Notes: generated from the letters alone by a model not told the origin. A stretch of DNA of 64,000 nucleotides from Nitrospirota bacterium (GCA_049325335.1 JBMOMC010000043.1:245852-309851); one strand, 5' to 3'; positions 1 to 10,236 are shown, counted from the first letter of the stretch. Numbers and translations are program-made.

Positions 1-241
1 CATCGCGGCGTTCGCCAGTCAGGACGCGGAAGTGGCCAAGCAGGTGATCGAGGAGAAAGCGAAAATCAGCTACAAAGAGCGGCAACTCAAACAGGCGCAC
101 ATTCATCGCCTGCACGCGGGGCTTCCGGAATCGATCGAAACCAGCGCCATTCACCTGGATGTGTTGACCAATCTCAAGCGCATCAACTCCCACGTCACCA
201 ACATCGCGTACCCGCTGGTCGATCAACCCTCGGAGGGGTGA
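1..241 (+). CDS. Na/Pi cotransporter family protein, C-terminal PhoU-like domain (5' truncated by window)
   Basis: HIHRL...ESIETSAIHLDVLTNLKRINSH is typical of the C-terminus of YjbB/NptA-type cotransporters. Confidence 0.8.
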   Translation, partial: IAAFASQDAEVAKQVIEEKAKISYKERQLKQAHIHRLHAGLPESIETSAIHLDVLTNLKRINSHVTNIAYPLVDQPSEG

Positions 242-1041
242 TGGACCGCGAGCGGTTGCGCGCGCTGCTGGAAGCGGTGCGCGACGGGGCGGCCGACGTC
301 GATGGCGCATTGTCGGCGCTCCGGGATTTCCCGAACGAAGCGCTGGGATTCGCGTCCCTGGACCATCATCGGGATCTGCGCCAGGGGGTCCCGGAGGCCG
401 TGTTGTGCGAGGGCAAGACCGCGCGCGACGCCGCGACGATCGTGGCGCGGCTGGCCGCCTCCGGCGCGCCGGTCATCGCCACCCGCGCGAACGCGGCCAC
501 GGCGCGGGCGATTCGCAAGGCCGTGCCCCGCGCCCGGTACCATCCGCGGGCGCGGCTGGCGCTGGTCAATCCCCGGCCGCCGGCCGATCCGCACGGCGTG
601 GTGGTGGTCACGGCGGGCACCGCGGATCTACCGGTGGCGGAGGAGGCGGCGTTGACCGCGGGCGCGTTGGGCAGCGGCGCGTCGATCGTGTGCGACGTGG
701 GCGTAGCGGGCGTGCATCGGTTGATCGATCAACTGGATCGGGTGCGGGCCGCGCGGGTGGTGATCGTGGTGGCGGGGATGGACGGCGCGTTGCCGAGCCT
801 GGTGGGCGGTCTGGTGCCGCAGCCGGTGATCGCGGTGCCGACGAGCCGCGGATACGGGGCGCATTTCGGCGGGGTGGCGCCGTTGCTCACCATGCTCAAT
901 TCGTGCGCTTCCGGCGTGGCGGTGATGAATATCGACAACGGATTCGGCGCGGGCGTGCTGGCGCACCGCATCGAGCGTTTGGCGCGCGCGCCGGAGTCCA
1001 TGAGCCGACCGCGAGCGCGTCGGCGATTACGACGGGGATGA
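238..1041 (+). CDS. larB: Nickel pincer cofactor biosynthesis protein LarB (PurE-like)
   Basis: DHHR..RQG.PEAVLCEGK, TAGTADLPVAEEA, VAGMDGALPS, AVPTS.GYG, NIDNGFGA. Confidence 0.93.
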   Translation: MMDRERLRALLEAVRDGAADVDGALSALRDFPNEALGFASLDHHRDLRQGVPEAVLCEGKTARDAATIVARLAASGAPVIATRANAATARAIRKAVPRARYHPRARLALVNPRPPADPHGVVVVTAGTADLPVAEEAALTAGALGSGASIVCDVGVAGVHRLIDQLDRVRAARVVIVVAGMDGALPSLVGGLVPQPVIAVPTSRGYGAHFGGVAPLLTMLNSCASGVAVMNIDNGFGAGVLAHRIERLARAPESMSRPRARRRLRRG

Positions 1042-1044
1042 GAG

Positions 1045-2445
1045 ATGAAAATCGCGTACTTTGATTGTTTCTCCGGTATCAGCGGCGACATGGTGTTGGG
1101 CGCGCTGATCGACGCGGGGTTGAGCCTCAAGCGATTGGAAGAGGCGCTGGCGCCGCTTAAACTTCCCGGATATCGGTTGTCGGCCAAAACCGTCGAGAAA
1201 GCGGGCGTGCGGGCCACCAAGGTGGACGTGGTGGTGGACGATCGCCGAGTGCCGATCCGGGATTATCCGCAAATGGCCGCCGTGTTTCGCCAGGGTCGCC
1301 TCCCGCGCACCGCCGAAGACACGGCGGCGGGCATTTTGGAACGGTTGGCGCGCGCGGAAGCGGAAGTCCACGGCCGCAAGCTCTCGCAGTTACATTTTCA
1401 CGAGCTGGGCGGGGTGGACACGTTGGTGGACATCGCGGGCGCGGTGCTCGGGTTGTCGTTGCTGGGCGTGGAGGAGGTGTACGCCTCGCCGCTGAACATC
1501 GGCGGCGGGTTGACTCGTTCGGCCGCGTTCCCGATTCCCGCGCCGGCCACCGCGGCATTGCTCACGGGCGTGCCGGTGTATTCCTCGGGCATTGATCGCG
1601 AACTGACCACGCCGACCGGCGCGGCCATCATCGGCGCGTTGGCCAAAGGGTTCATCCCGTTCCCCTCGTGCCGGGTGGAGGCGATCGGCCACGGCGCGGG
1701 CGAAACCGAGTTGCCCGCGACACCCAATGTGTTGCGCCTGTTCGTGGGCGATCGGCTGACCGAGCGCTCCTGGGGCGAAGATCGCGTGGTGCAGATGGAG
1801 ACCACGATCGATGATCTAAACCCCCAGATTTACGAGTATCTCTTGGAGCGGCTCCAACGCACGGGCGCGATCGACGCGTACTTGACGCCGATCATCATGA
1901 AAAAAGGCCGGCCAGCCATCACCGTGACCGTGCTCGCGCGTGCGGAACATATCGCGCGCCTGGCGCGGGTGCTCTTCGATGAGACCTCTACCCTGGGCGT
2001 CCGGATTCTCGACGTCAATCGCATGGTCCTGCCCCGCACGCTGCAAAGTGTGTCCACGCCATGGGGCCGCGTGCGGGTGAAAGCGACCCGTCACGACGGA
2101 CGGGAAGAGCTGCGCGCGGAGTACGACGATTGCCGGGTTCTGGCGGAAACCAGCGGACGCCCGTTGCGGGCGGTCATGCAAGAGGTGTCCGCATTGTTGC
2201 GCACGCTGTCGGGGGACGCGCCGTTGGATCCGATCGTGGCGCCGCCCGCGCTGCCCGAGGTGGTAAGCGACGGGGGCGTGGCGTGGGGTGAACCGATCGA
2301 AGGGGACGCGGAACCCGCGCCGGTCGAAGACGGGGCGTCGGATGCCCGACCGGCGCGCGCCGGAACCGGCCGCCGACGCCGCTCCCGCCACCGCCGGCGC
2401 CGGCCGCGGGGCGGAAAGAAACCGGACAACACTCCGCCGGCATGA
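1045..2445 (+). CDS. larC: Nickel insertion protein LarC with extended C-terminal tail
   Basis: YFDCFSGISGDM.LGAL, VHG...HFHE.G..D..VDI, ELTTPTGAA, PIIMKKGRP, ET.TLGVR, EYDDC. Confidence 0.92.
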   Translation: MKIAYFDCFSGISGDMVLGALIDAGLSLKRLEEALAPLKLPGYRLSAKTVEKAGVRATKVDVVVDDRRVPIRDYPQMAAVFRQGRLPRTAEDTAAGILERLARAEAEVHGRKLSQLHFHELGGVDTLVDIAGAVLGLSLLGVEEVYASPLNIGGGLTRSAAFPIPAPATAALLTGVPVYSSGIDRELTTPTGAAIIGALAKGFIPFPSCRVEAIGHGAGETELPATPNVLRLFVGDRLTERSWGEDRVVQMETTIDDLNPQIYEYLLERLQRTGAIDAYLTPIIMKKGRPAITVTVLARAEHIARLARVLFDETSTLGVRILDVNRMVLPRTLQSVSTPWGRVRVKATRHDGREELRAEYDDCRVLAETSGRPLRAVMQEVSALLRTLSGDAPLDPIVAPPALPEVVSDGGVAWGEPIEGDAEPAPVEDGASDARPARAGTGRRRRSRHRRRRPRGGKKPDNTPPA

Positions 2446-3443
2446 CCTTCGCGATCCTCATCACCACGATTATCGTCGCGATCGCGGTGATTTTAGCGGG
2501 CAGCGCGCTGTTTACCAACGGCGTGGAGTGGCTCGGCAAACGGCTGGGCGTGTCCGACGGCGTGGTGGGCAGCGTGTTCGCGGGTGTGGGCACCGCGTTG
2601 CCCGAAACCGTAATTCCCATCATCGCGATTTTTTTCGGCGACGGTCCGGACCGCCAGGCGGTCGGCATCGGGGCGATCCTTGGCGCGCCGTTTATGTTGA
2701 GCACGTTGACCTTGCCGCTCTTGGGCGCGGGATTGCTGGCCTTTGCCGCGCTGGGACGCCGACCCTGGACCTTCAAGCTCGACGCGGCCGCGGTGTCCAT
2801 TGATCTGCGGTTCTTCCTGATTGCGTACACGCTAGCGGTGGCCTCGACCATGATCGACTCCAAAGCCGTACACGTGGTCGTGGCGGTCGGCCTGATCGCC
2901 TTGTACGTCCTCTACCTCAAAACGATCGTGGGGCACGCCGGGGAAGGCCACGGCGAAGACTTGGCGCCGCTCTACATCGCCCGGCGCAACCCCGAGCCGC
3001 CGATGGGCCTGATCGCGATCCAAGTGGTGGGGGGGCTGGGGGTGATCATCTGGGGCGCGCACTTGTTCGTGGGGACGGTGCAGTCGGTGGCGACCATGGC
3101 GGCGATATCGCCATTGTTGCTGTCGTTGTTGATTACGCCGGTGGCCACGGAATTGCCCGAAAAACTCAACAGTCTCCTCTGGATCGCCCAGAAAAAAGAC
3201 ACGCTTGCGGTGGGGAACATCACGGGCGCGATGGTGTTCCAAGGCACGTTCCCGGTGGCGGTGGGGTTGATCGGCACGCCGTGGCAGCTCAACGCCTACG
3301 GCATGGTGAGCGCGTGGTTGGCGTTGATTGCGGGCGCCGTGCTCTACGCGACCATGGCCACGCGCGGAACCTGGCGGCCGTCGTATCTGATGGCGGGGGC
3401 GGTGCTGTACGTGGCGTTCGGCATCTATGTCGCCAATTGGTAA
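2442..3443 (+). CDS. Sodium:calcium antiporter (CaCA family)
   Basis: Two alpha repeats, GTALPE and ATELPE; about 10 TM segments. Confidence 0.88.
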   Translation: MTFAILITTIIVAIAVILAGSALFTNGVEWLGKRLGVSDGVVGSVFAGVGTALPETVIPIIAIFFGDGPDRQAVGIGAILGAPFMLSTLTLPLLGAGLLAFAALGRRPWTFKLDAAAVSIDLRFFLIAYTLAVASTMIDSKAVHVVVAVGLIALYVLYLKTIVGHAGEGHGEDLAPLYIARRNPEPPMGLIAIQVVGGLGVIIWGAHLFVGTVQSVATMAAISPLLLSLLITPVATELPEKLNSLLWIAQKKDTLAVGNITGAMVFQGTFPVAVGLIGTPWQLNAYGMVSAWLALIAGAVLYATMATRGTWRPSYLMAGAVLYVAFGIYVANW

Positions 3444-3504
3444 GCGAGCGCTCGCGTTCATGGCGGTCGCGGTGATACACTGGGTCGGTCAACGGAGCTG
3501 ATCG

Positions 3505-5271
3505 GTGCGCGACAGCGTTCAACGGCGGATCGTCTTATCGATTCTCATTGTCGGCGTGGCGTCCCTGTTGCTGGGACTGTCTCTGGTCTATTTTGTCGGC
3601 AAATCCACGCTCAAACAATCGATCGGCGCGAACTTCGAAGAATTGGCCGACGTCACGGCCAAAAAGCTCGACGAACTGATCGACCATCACGTTGAACGGG
3701 CGATGTTTTTGGCTGGCCTCGACGACGTGCTCGACGCGGTCAAGCAAGCCAACGCCGAACACGCGGCGGATCCCTCCGACCCGCGGCTGCAGAACGACTG
3801 GGCGCAACTGGGGTCCGCGGATCCGGACGTGGCTCGGGTGGTGGACAACCCGGCGGCCAAGGCGTTTCGCGCGGTGACGCGGATGTCCGGCGACCAGGCG
3901 GTTGATCATCCGTCCCACGAGATCGTGATCGCGGCCGACGCGCGCGGCCGCGTGGTGGCCGCCACGCGCAAACCCGCGGCCTACTCGTTCAGCGACGAGA
4001 CGTGGTGGCGGGAAGCCTACGCCAGCGGCCAGGGTCGGCTGTTTCTCAGCGACGTGTTGTTTGACGAGAACCTGGGCCGGTTCGTGTTCATCATCGCCAC
4101 GCCGATCCGACAAGGCGGTCGGGTGGAGGGCGTGTTGGCCATGGTGCACGACGCGCAGGCGTTTTATCAATGGCTGACCTCGATCCAAGTCGGGCGGACC
4201 GATCACACGATGTTGGTGGCCTCGGACGGCACGTTGCTGTTTTGTCCGGTGTTTCCGATCAAGGGCCATACCCTGCACCCCAGCTTGATGGCCTCGATCG
4301 TGAACGGCGGCCGCGGGTGGGGGACCACGGGGCACGACGTACACTACCCGGGTTCGGAGGCGATCAACGGCTTCGCGCCGGTCCGGGCCTCGACCACGCC
4401 CGGCGTCAACTTTGGCGGCAAAGTCTGGTACATCTTCACTAGCCAAGACCCCAAAGAAACGTACGGACCGGTCTACACGTTGTTGGGGTGGATCATTTTC
4501 TCCGGCGCGGCGGCCATCGGATTGTTGCTCTTGTTGGGCCTGGCCGCGGCCAAACGTATCGTCCGGCCGATCCGGATCGTGCAAAGCGGCGCGCAAGTGA
4601 TCGGCAACGGTAACCTGAACCACCGCATCCACGTGGACACCGACGATGAAATCGGCGCGCTTGCACGCGGTATCAACGAGATGGCCGCCAAACTGTCCAC
4701 GTCGTACAACGAGTTGGAGCGGATGGTGGAGGAGCGTACCCGCACGCTCGCGCAGCGCACGAGTCAACTCGAACAACGCAACCAAGAACTCTTCCTGCTG
4801 CACGCGGTCGCGTCATCGCTGAATAAAGCGCAGTCGCTCGACGACGTGCTGGGCGAGCTGCTCAACAAGGTGTTGGGCGGGGTGGAGGCGCACGCGGTGT
4901 TCATCGGACTCGCCGAGCAGGGACGCGGCGTCTTGTTGCACGGCCGCCCCCAGTTCCTGACCACGCAGGACGACATGGCACATCTCGCGGAGTCGGTGGT
5001 GCAACAAGTGTTGACCGTCCGGGACCTGGTCACGGTGCCGGACACCGGGGCCGACCCGGTGTATCAGGCGTTCGCGCGTCAGGCCCGATCGCTGATCGGC
5101 ATTCCGCTTCGCGCCAAGGACAAAATATTGGGTGCCATCGTGTTGGTGTATCTCAAACCGCGTGTTCCGACCCCGGAGGAACGGGAATTTCTCGCCTCGA
5201 TCGGCCATCAGGCGGGCGTGGTGGTGGAGAATGCGCGCCTCTTCGGATTGTTCAAAAACCTCGCCGAATAG
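3505..5271 (+). CDS. Membrane sensor with Cache-HAMP-GAF domains and no output domain
   Basis: TM-periplasmic Cache-TM, HAMP (IVRPI...GNL.HRI...DEIGALARGINEM), S-helix (VEERT), C-terminal GAF ending VVENARLF. Confidence 0.8.
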   Translation: MRDSVQRRIVLSILIVGVASLLLGLSLVYFVGKSTLKQSIGANFEELADVTAKKLDELIDHHVERAMFLAGLDDVLDAVKQANAEHAADPSDPRLQNDWAQLGSADPDVARVVDNPAAKAFRAVTRMSGDQAVDHPSHEIVIAADARGRVVAATRKPAAYSFSDETWWREAYASGQGRLFLSDVLFDENLGRFVFIIATPIRQGGRVEGVLAMVHDAQAFYQWLTSIQVGRTDHTMLVASDGTLLFCPVFPIKGHTLHPSLMASIVNGGRGWGTTGHDVHYPGSEAINGFAPVRASTTPGVNFGGKVWYIFTSQDPKETYGPVYTLLGWIIFSGAAAIGLLLLLGLAAAKRIVRPIRIVQSGAQVIGNGNLNHRIHVDTDDEIGALARGINEMAAKLSTSYNELERMVEERTRTLAQRTSQLEQRNQELFLLHAVASSLNKAQSLDDVLGELLNKVLGGVEAHAVFIGLAEQGRGVLLHGRPQFLTTQDDMAHLAESVVQQVLTVRDLVTVPDTGADPVYQAFARQARSLIGIPLRAKDKILGAIVLVYLKPRVPTPEEREFLASIGHQAGVVVENARLFGLFKNLAE

Positions 5272-5332
5272 CGCCTGTCCATGAACGGCCATCTGCGGCG
5301 TTGTCGGTCGGCCTTGCGTGCTCACGGTTATC

Positions 5333-5360
5333 GTAGGGGCGTATGGCTATACGCCCCTAC
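5333..5360. repeat. GTAG-type REP palindrome
   Basis: GTAGGGGCGTATGGCTATACGCCCCTAC. Confidence 0.85.
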
Positions 5361-5521
5361 AGGCGCGCAAGGCGCTCCCTCCGCCTTGCGACCCACCTTC
5401 AGGGAGAGAAGTGCCGGAAGTCCCCGAAGGGAGCACCTGGCGCGTTCCTGAACAGGCTCCCTTTACAGGGTTTTACAAGACGAAAGTCGAAGAGAACGGC
5501 TGCGCCCAAGGCACCGTGACC

Positions 5522-6319
5522 ATGAGCGCTGACCTTCGTCCCCGCAAGTCGCTTGGGCAATGTTTTCTCACGGACCCGCGGATCGCGGAGAAAATCGTCT
5601 CGCTCGGGGGCGTCGATCCCTCGGATCGGGTCGTGGAGATCGGCCCGGGGCGCGGCATCCTCACCCGTGTGTTGGCCGAGCGCGCGGTGGAGGTCCTGGC
5701 GATCGAACTCGACCCGCGGTGGAGCGCGGCGTTGCGGGAGGAGTTTGCCGGGAACGCCCGCGTACACGTTGAACAGGCCGATGCGCTGGCCTATCCGTTC
5801 GAGGACCTTGCCCCGGGTTTCAAGGTCATCGCGAATTTACCGTATAATATCTCGACGCCGATCCTCTTTCGGCTGTTGGGCCTTCGCGATCGGGTCACGC
5901 TGATGGTGCTGATGTTACAGCGCGAAGTGGTGGACCGTTTGCTGGCGCGTCCGGGCAGCAAGGCGTACGGCGCGCTTTCCGTGGCCGTGGCGTACGCCGC
6001 GGACGTCCGCAAGGGATTTGCCGTGGCGGCGGGGAGTTTTTCCCCGCGTCCGGCCGTGGAATCGGCCGTAGTGGTGATCACGCCGAGGGGCCAGCCCGCG
6101 ATCGTGGTGCGGGACGAACCCACGCTGATGCGCGTGATTCGTGCCGCGTTTGCGCACCGACGCAAGGTGTTGGCCAACGCGCTTACGGACGAAGGCTTCG
6201 CGAAGCCCGCGGTGATCGCGGCGCTTCAGGAATCGCGCATCGACCCGACTCGACGGGGCGAGACGTTGAGTTTGGAAGAATTCGGTTGGTTGGCCGACGC
6301 GGTGATCGCTAGAACGTGA
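5522..6319 (+). CDS. rsmA: 16S rRNA dimethyltransferase RsmA/KsgA
   Basis: KSLGQCFL, VVEIGPGRG.LT, ANLPYNIS, F.P.P.VES; ATG at 5522 chosen as start. Confidence 0.95.
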   Translation: MSADLRPRKSLGQCFLTDPRIAEKIVSLGGVDPSDRVVEIGPGRGILTRVLAERAVEVLAIELDPRWSAALREEFAGNARVHVEQADALAYPFEDLAPGFKVIANLPYNISTPILFRLLGLRDRVTLMVLMLQREVVDRLLARPGSKAYGALSVAVAYAADVRKGFAVAAGSFSPRPAVESAVVVITPRGQPAIVVRDEPTLMRVIRAAFAHRRKVLANALTDEGFAKPAVIAALQESRIDPTRRGETLSLEEFGWLADAVIART

Positions 6320-6941
6320 CCGTGAGGTTGAGCATGGCCGAGCGTCGGTCGTATGTGAACGATGGCACCACGGTGTCGGACCCCGAGGCCACGCGCCAGG
6401 CGTTGGCCGCGAGTTGGGTCGCGGCAGCGGTCACGATCGCGGAGCGCGAGAACCCGGTGGATTCGCGGATCCCGACCGGGTCGAGGCGAGAGTCCTCTCG
6501 CGGCGACAGGTAGAACGCGTATACGGTGTACCAGAAAAAGTCGGTGCCGCTGAACAACAACAATGCACGGTTGTACGTGGTCGGCTCATTGCGATAGTCG
6601 CGCAACGCGAGTTCGAAGGTGTAACTGGACGCGATTTCCCCTCCGAGACGATAGGTGAGCACGGCATCGTCCGGAATGCCCGACGCGGTGCTCAACCCCA
6701 AAAAGTACGAGCCGTTTTCTTCGCCGAAAAACTTGGGGGGCGCCGTGCGCGCGCCGACGCCTTCCGCAATCAACACGTGCCCGGATTCGTGAATCGCGAG
6801 ATTGGTGACGAACGCCAGTCCGACTTCGATCGAGTCCGTAAGCCAGGCCGAGTCGGCTGCCGGTACTGTCGGGGGCTCGACCGCCGCGGCCACGAACCCG
6901 ACCACGGCGAGCCCCATCCGGATGATCCATCGGCGAGACAT
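6309..6941 (-). CDS. Hypothetical exported/membrane protein with HExxH motif
   Basis: Signal-like N-terminus, AIHESGHV motif, terminal Phe. Confidence 0.6.
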   Translation of the reverse strand: MSRRWIIRMGLAVVGFVAAAVEPPTVPAADSAWLTDSIEVGLAFVTNLAIHESGHVLIAEGVGARTAPPKFFGEENGSYFLGLSTASGIPDDAVLTYRLGGEIASSYTFELALRDYRNEPTTYNRALLLFSGTDFFWYTVYAFYLSPREDSRLDPVGIRESTGFSRSAIVTAAATQLAANAWRVASGSDTVVPSFTYDRRSAMLNLTVTF

Positions 6942-7026
6942 ACGTGGTGAGGATAACCCCTCCCAGGTATTTGTCCACGTTCGCATCCGGTTGGAGACGC
7001 GTCGAGCGGCATGGTATGATCGGCGC

Positions 7027-7803
7027 GTGCGTGACGATCCCTTCAATGCGCTCGGCAATCGGGCGTTCGCCCGCGGTGATCTGGCCGCGGCGCTGGGGTA
7101 TTACCAGCGAGCGGTGGACGCGCAGCGCCACGCCGGGTCGGATCGCGCGTTGGCGGTGGCCCTGGGTAACGTGGCCAACGTCTATGCGTCCATGGGGCGA
7201 GGCGACGAGGCTTCGAGCCTGTATCGGCAGGTGTTGGACATCGAGCGCCGGCTGGGCGACGAGCTGCAGATCGCGCTCACCTTGCTGCACCTGGGGAACG
7301 TGTCCGCGGACGCATTGGATGCGTCGCGCGCCCGCGCCTATTACCTGGAGGCCAAGGATCTCTTGGAGCGTCTCGGCGAGACCGGCCCCTTGGGGGTGCT
7401 GCACCAGAACACGGGATTGCTCGCGCGCGAGATCGGGGACTACGAGGCGGCCGTGACCGCGTTCGAGGCCGCGTTGACCCTGATGCGGCGAGCCGATGAT
7501 CGACGCGGCGTGGCCGCGGTCTATACCAACCTGGGCCGGACGTATCACCTCATGGGCCGCCTCGACGACGCGGTGGCCTGTTGTTCCACCGCCTACGCCA
7601 TGGCCGAACGCGCGGGCGATGAACTGGCGATCGCGTCGGCGCGCTACCACTTGGCGGGCATTTGCGAAGCGCGCGGCGATCGGGCCGCCGCCATCATGCA
7701 CCTGCGGATCGTGGTGGACATTGACCGGCGGTACGGGTTGCCCAAATACGAAGAGAACCGCGCGCGCCTGGCGGTGCTGGAAGCTGAGGCCACGCCGGGA
7801 TGA
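7027..7803 (+). CDS. Tetratricopeptide repeat protein
   Basis: Repeated A..L.NLG.VY...G...A...Y..AL units; GTG just after an extended -10 box. Confidence 0.85.
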   Translation: MRDDPFNALGNRAFARGDLAAALGYYQRAVDAQRHAGSDRALAVALGNVANVYASMGRGDEASSLYRQVLDIERRLGDELQIALTLLHLGNVSADALDASRARAYYLEAKDLLERLGETGPLGVLHQNTGLLAREIGDYEAAVTAFEAALTLMRRADDRRGVAAVYTNLGRTYHLMGRLDDAVACCSTAYAMAERAGDELAIASARYHLAGICEARGDRAAAIMHLRIVVDIDRRYGLPKYEENRARLAVLEAEATPG

Positions 7804-8222
7804 GTCCGTCGAACGCGGTCATGGAATCCGTCAAAACGTGGCTGGCCGGCCGAGGCGTCGCGTCCGAACTGGACGACGAAGGCCGGTTGAGTTTTGAAGC
7901 GGCGCGCGGCGAGTGCCTGGTGGAGGTGGACCCGGCCGGCGTGGTGCGGTGTCAGTTCGGGATCGACTTGGAGGAACTGCGCGACTTAATCGCGGGCTCC
8001 GCCACCGAGGACTTGGGCGAGGATGAACTGGTCCGCGCGGCTCGCTACCATCTCCAGACCCTGGCCAAACCCTACGCGGCGCGTCTGGCCGCCGGACAAT
8101 TCACAGAGGAATACGAAGTGACCCCGGCGTACGCAGTGATCGGCTACGTCCACGCGGTGGATCTGTCCCGGCCGGACACCGTGCTGCCGGTGCTGGAGCG
8201 ATCGCTAGAAATTTTGCGGTAA
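7800..8222 (+). CDS. Hypothetical protein
   Basis: Start and stop overlap the TPR gene and thrB; typical codon usage. Confidence 0.7.
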   Translation: MSPSNAVMESVKTWLAGRGVASELDDEGRLSFEAARGECLVEVDPAGVVRCQFGIDLEELRDLIAGSATEDLGEDELVRAARYHLQTLAKPYAARLAAGQFTEEYEVTPAYAVIGYVHAVDLSRPDTVLPVLERSLEILR

Positions 8223-9157
8223 TGGACGCGCCGCGCGATACCGTCACCGTGTTCGCCCCGGCCTCGACCGGTAACATTGGACCGGGGTTCGACGTGCTGG
8301 GGATGGCGCTCGCGGGCTTGGGGGACACCGTGCACGCGCGACGGATCTCCGAGCGCAAAGTCGTGATCCGAGAAATTCGGGGCGATGGCGGCAAACTCCC
8401 CACCGACGCGCGCAAGAACACCGCGGGCATTGCCGCGGCCAAAGTCCTCAAGCTGCTCAAAGCCGACTCGGGCGTCGAACTGATCCTGGAAAAGAACATT
8501 CCCGGCAACGGCCTCGGCAGCAGCGCGGCGAGTGCCATTGCCGGCGGGTTCGCCGTGAACGCCTTGTTCGGCTCGCCGCTGTCGAAAGCCGACATCTTAT
8601 TGCCCTGCGCCGCGGCCGAGGCCTCAGTGAGCGGCGGCTACTTTTTGGACAACGCCGCCGCCTCGCTCTTTGGGGGCGTCAACGTGACCAATCCCGAGAC
8701 GCGTGAGGTAATCTCCCTGGGCGGGCTGGCGGGCGCGGTCATCGTGGTGGCCACGCCCAGGTATCAACTCTTGACCGCACGTTCGCGCAAAGTCGTGCCC
8801 AAACGCGTGCCCCTGGCGTCGATGATCGCAAATTGCTCGCGGGCGTGCGCCATTGTCGCGGGCGTAGCCAAACAAGACGTTGAGATCTTCGGCCGTTCGA
8901 TCGTGGACCTGGTGGTCGAGCCCGCGCGCGCGCCGCTGATCCCCGGCTTCGCGGCCGTCAAACGCGCCGCGCTCAAGGCCGGGGCCCTGGGCTGTTCAAT
9001 CTCCGGAGCCGGGTCGTCCGTGTTTGCGGTGACCACTGACAAGGCCCTTGGCGAGAGTATTGGCAGTGCCATGCAGCGAGCGTTTGGGCGTGCTCGTCTG
9101 GAATGTGTGGTGACCGTGACGACGATCGACCCCGCCGGGGCACGTGTTGTTCAGTAA
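8222..9157 (+). CDS. thrB: Homoserine kinase
   Basis: PAST.NIGPGFDVLG and GHMP motif IP.NGLGSSAAS; ISGAGSS. Confidence 0.93.
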   Translation: MDAPRDTVTVFAPASTGNIGPGFDVLGMALAGLGDTVHARRISERKVVIREIRGDGGKLPTDARKNTAGIAAAKVLKLLKADSGVELILEKNIPGNGLGSSAASAIAGGFAVNALFGSPLSKADILLPCAAAEASVSGGYFLDNAAASLFGGVNVTNPETREVISLGGLAGAVIVVATPRYQLLTARSRKVVPKRVPLASMIANCSRACAIVAGVAKQDVEIFGRSIVDLVVEPARAPLIPGFAAVKRAALKAGALGCSISGAGSSVFAVTTDKALGESIGSAMQRAFGRARLECVVTVTTIDPAGARVVQ

Positions 9158-9190
9158 GCTGTTTGGCCAACTAGCAGGAGCGACCGCCTC

Positions 9191-10039
9191 ATGCCGATCA
9201 TGTTCAATTCGATCCTACATGAAGCGGGCTTGCCGCTGGCCGATGTTCGCCTCATCCGTCACAAAGACAAACGAGCGACCAGGGGCCGCACCCCTTACGA
9301 ACTGTGGCGCGACAACCGCCCACAGTTCGAACTGTATCAATCCGTTCAAAGCATACCGAATCGAAAGAAATTCACGGCACTGTATTGGGCAGTGTTTATC
9401 GTCAATCTTAGCGATGAGACGATGTTTGCGGGAGTCTATGCCGTGAAGTATCGAGGGCTATTGGAACAAGACACACCCAAACCACATATGGATGGGATTG
9501 ACGAGGCCGGAAGCGGCGATGTTTATGACCTCACGTTGCAGGACACGCTGAGTGACCTCATCGGGAAGCTATTTATCGATTGGGGGCCAGGAGCCCTCGC
9601 GTGGGTACAATACGCCGACCGGAATGATAAGCCGGTCACTGAGTTGCGTATAGCATTTCAGGAACCAGCTTTTCCTGGCTTCTTGAACTTCATCCAGGCC
9701 CTCTCAAAGATCGAGAATGTGCCGAAAAGCTGGATGGCCGCCCTCCAGTCCTCCCGGGGAGTCTACTTGCTGACATGCCCCAAGACAAAGGAACAGTATG
9801 TTGGCTCGGCGACTGGTGAAGAAGGGTTTTGGGGTCGCTGGCAAGCCTATGTCCACACGGGACACGGCGGCAATCTTGGTCTCAAGAGTCGCGACCCAAG
9901 CGATTACCAGGTTTCGATCCTGGAAGTTGCGGGAACATCCGCGACAACAGACGACATATTAAGGATGGAAGGTCGGTGGCAGTCCAAGCTGCAAAGCCGA
10001 GAAATGGGGTTGAACCGGAACTGGGCTGGTCAGTCGTAG
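9191..10039 (+). CDS. GIY-YIG nuclease family protein (lower-GC insertion)
   Basis: GVYLL...QYVGSA...GRW..Y, SILE, E..W...L.SR..GLNRN. Confidence 0.85.
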   Translation: MPIMFNSILHEAGLPLADVRLIRHKDKRATRGRTPYELWRDNRPQFELYQSVQSIPNRKKFTALYWAVFIVNLSDETMFAGVYAVKYRGLLEQDTPKPHMDGIDEAGSGDVYDLTLQDTLSDLIGKLFIDWGPGALAWVQYADRNDKPVTELRIAFQEPAFPGFLNFIQALSKIENVPKSWMAALQSSRGVYLLTCPKTKEQYVGSATGEEGFWGRWQAYVHTGHGGNLGLKSRDPSDYQVSILEVAGTSATTDDILRMEGRWQSKLQSREMGLNRNWAGQS

Positions 10040-10090
10040 GGACGAAGAAGAGAGTGCGGAATTGGGGCCAGAGAGGATCAATAGGGGACG

Positions 10091-10160
10091 TTGACCCACG
10101 TGTACGGGAATCTCTTGAACGTCTCCGACCTCGCGCGGTCGCTGACCGTGTCCGGGCCAT
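10091..10160 (+). pseudogene. Possible fragment of AAA_14/DUF4143-type ATPase
   Basis: THVYGNLLNVSDLARSLTVS resembles the H.GQLLN.S.LARSLGVS segment of this family; no complete gene. Confidence 0.35.
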
Positions 10161-10209
10161 GGTCAAAACGGATACAGGAGGCTTACCAGGGGCTGACAGA
10201 GTCCGAGGT

Positions 10210-10236
10210 GTGGTTCGACAGGTTCACCACGGACGG
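10210..10236. repeat. GTGGTTCGACA-family palindromic repeat, single arm
   Basis: GTGGTTCGACAGGTTCACCACGGACGG, near-identical to 27294-27320. Confidence 0.75.
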
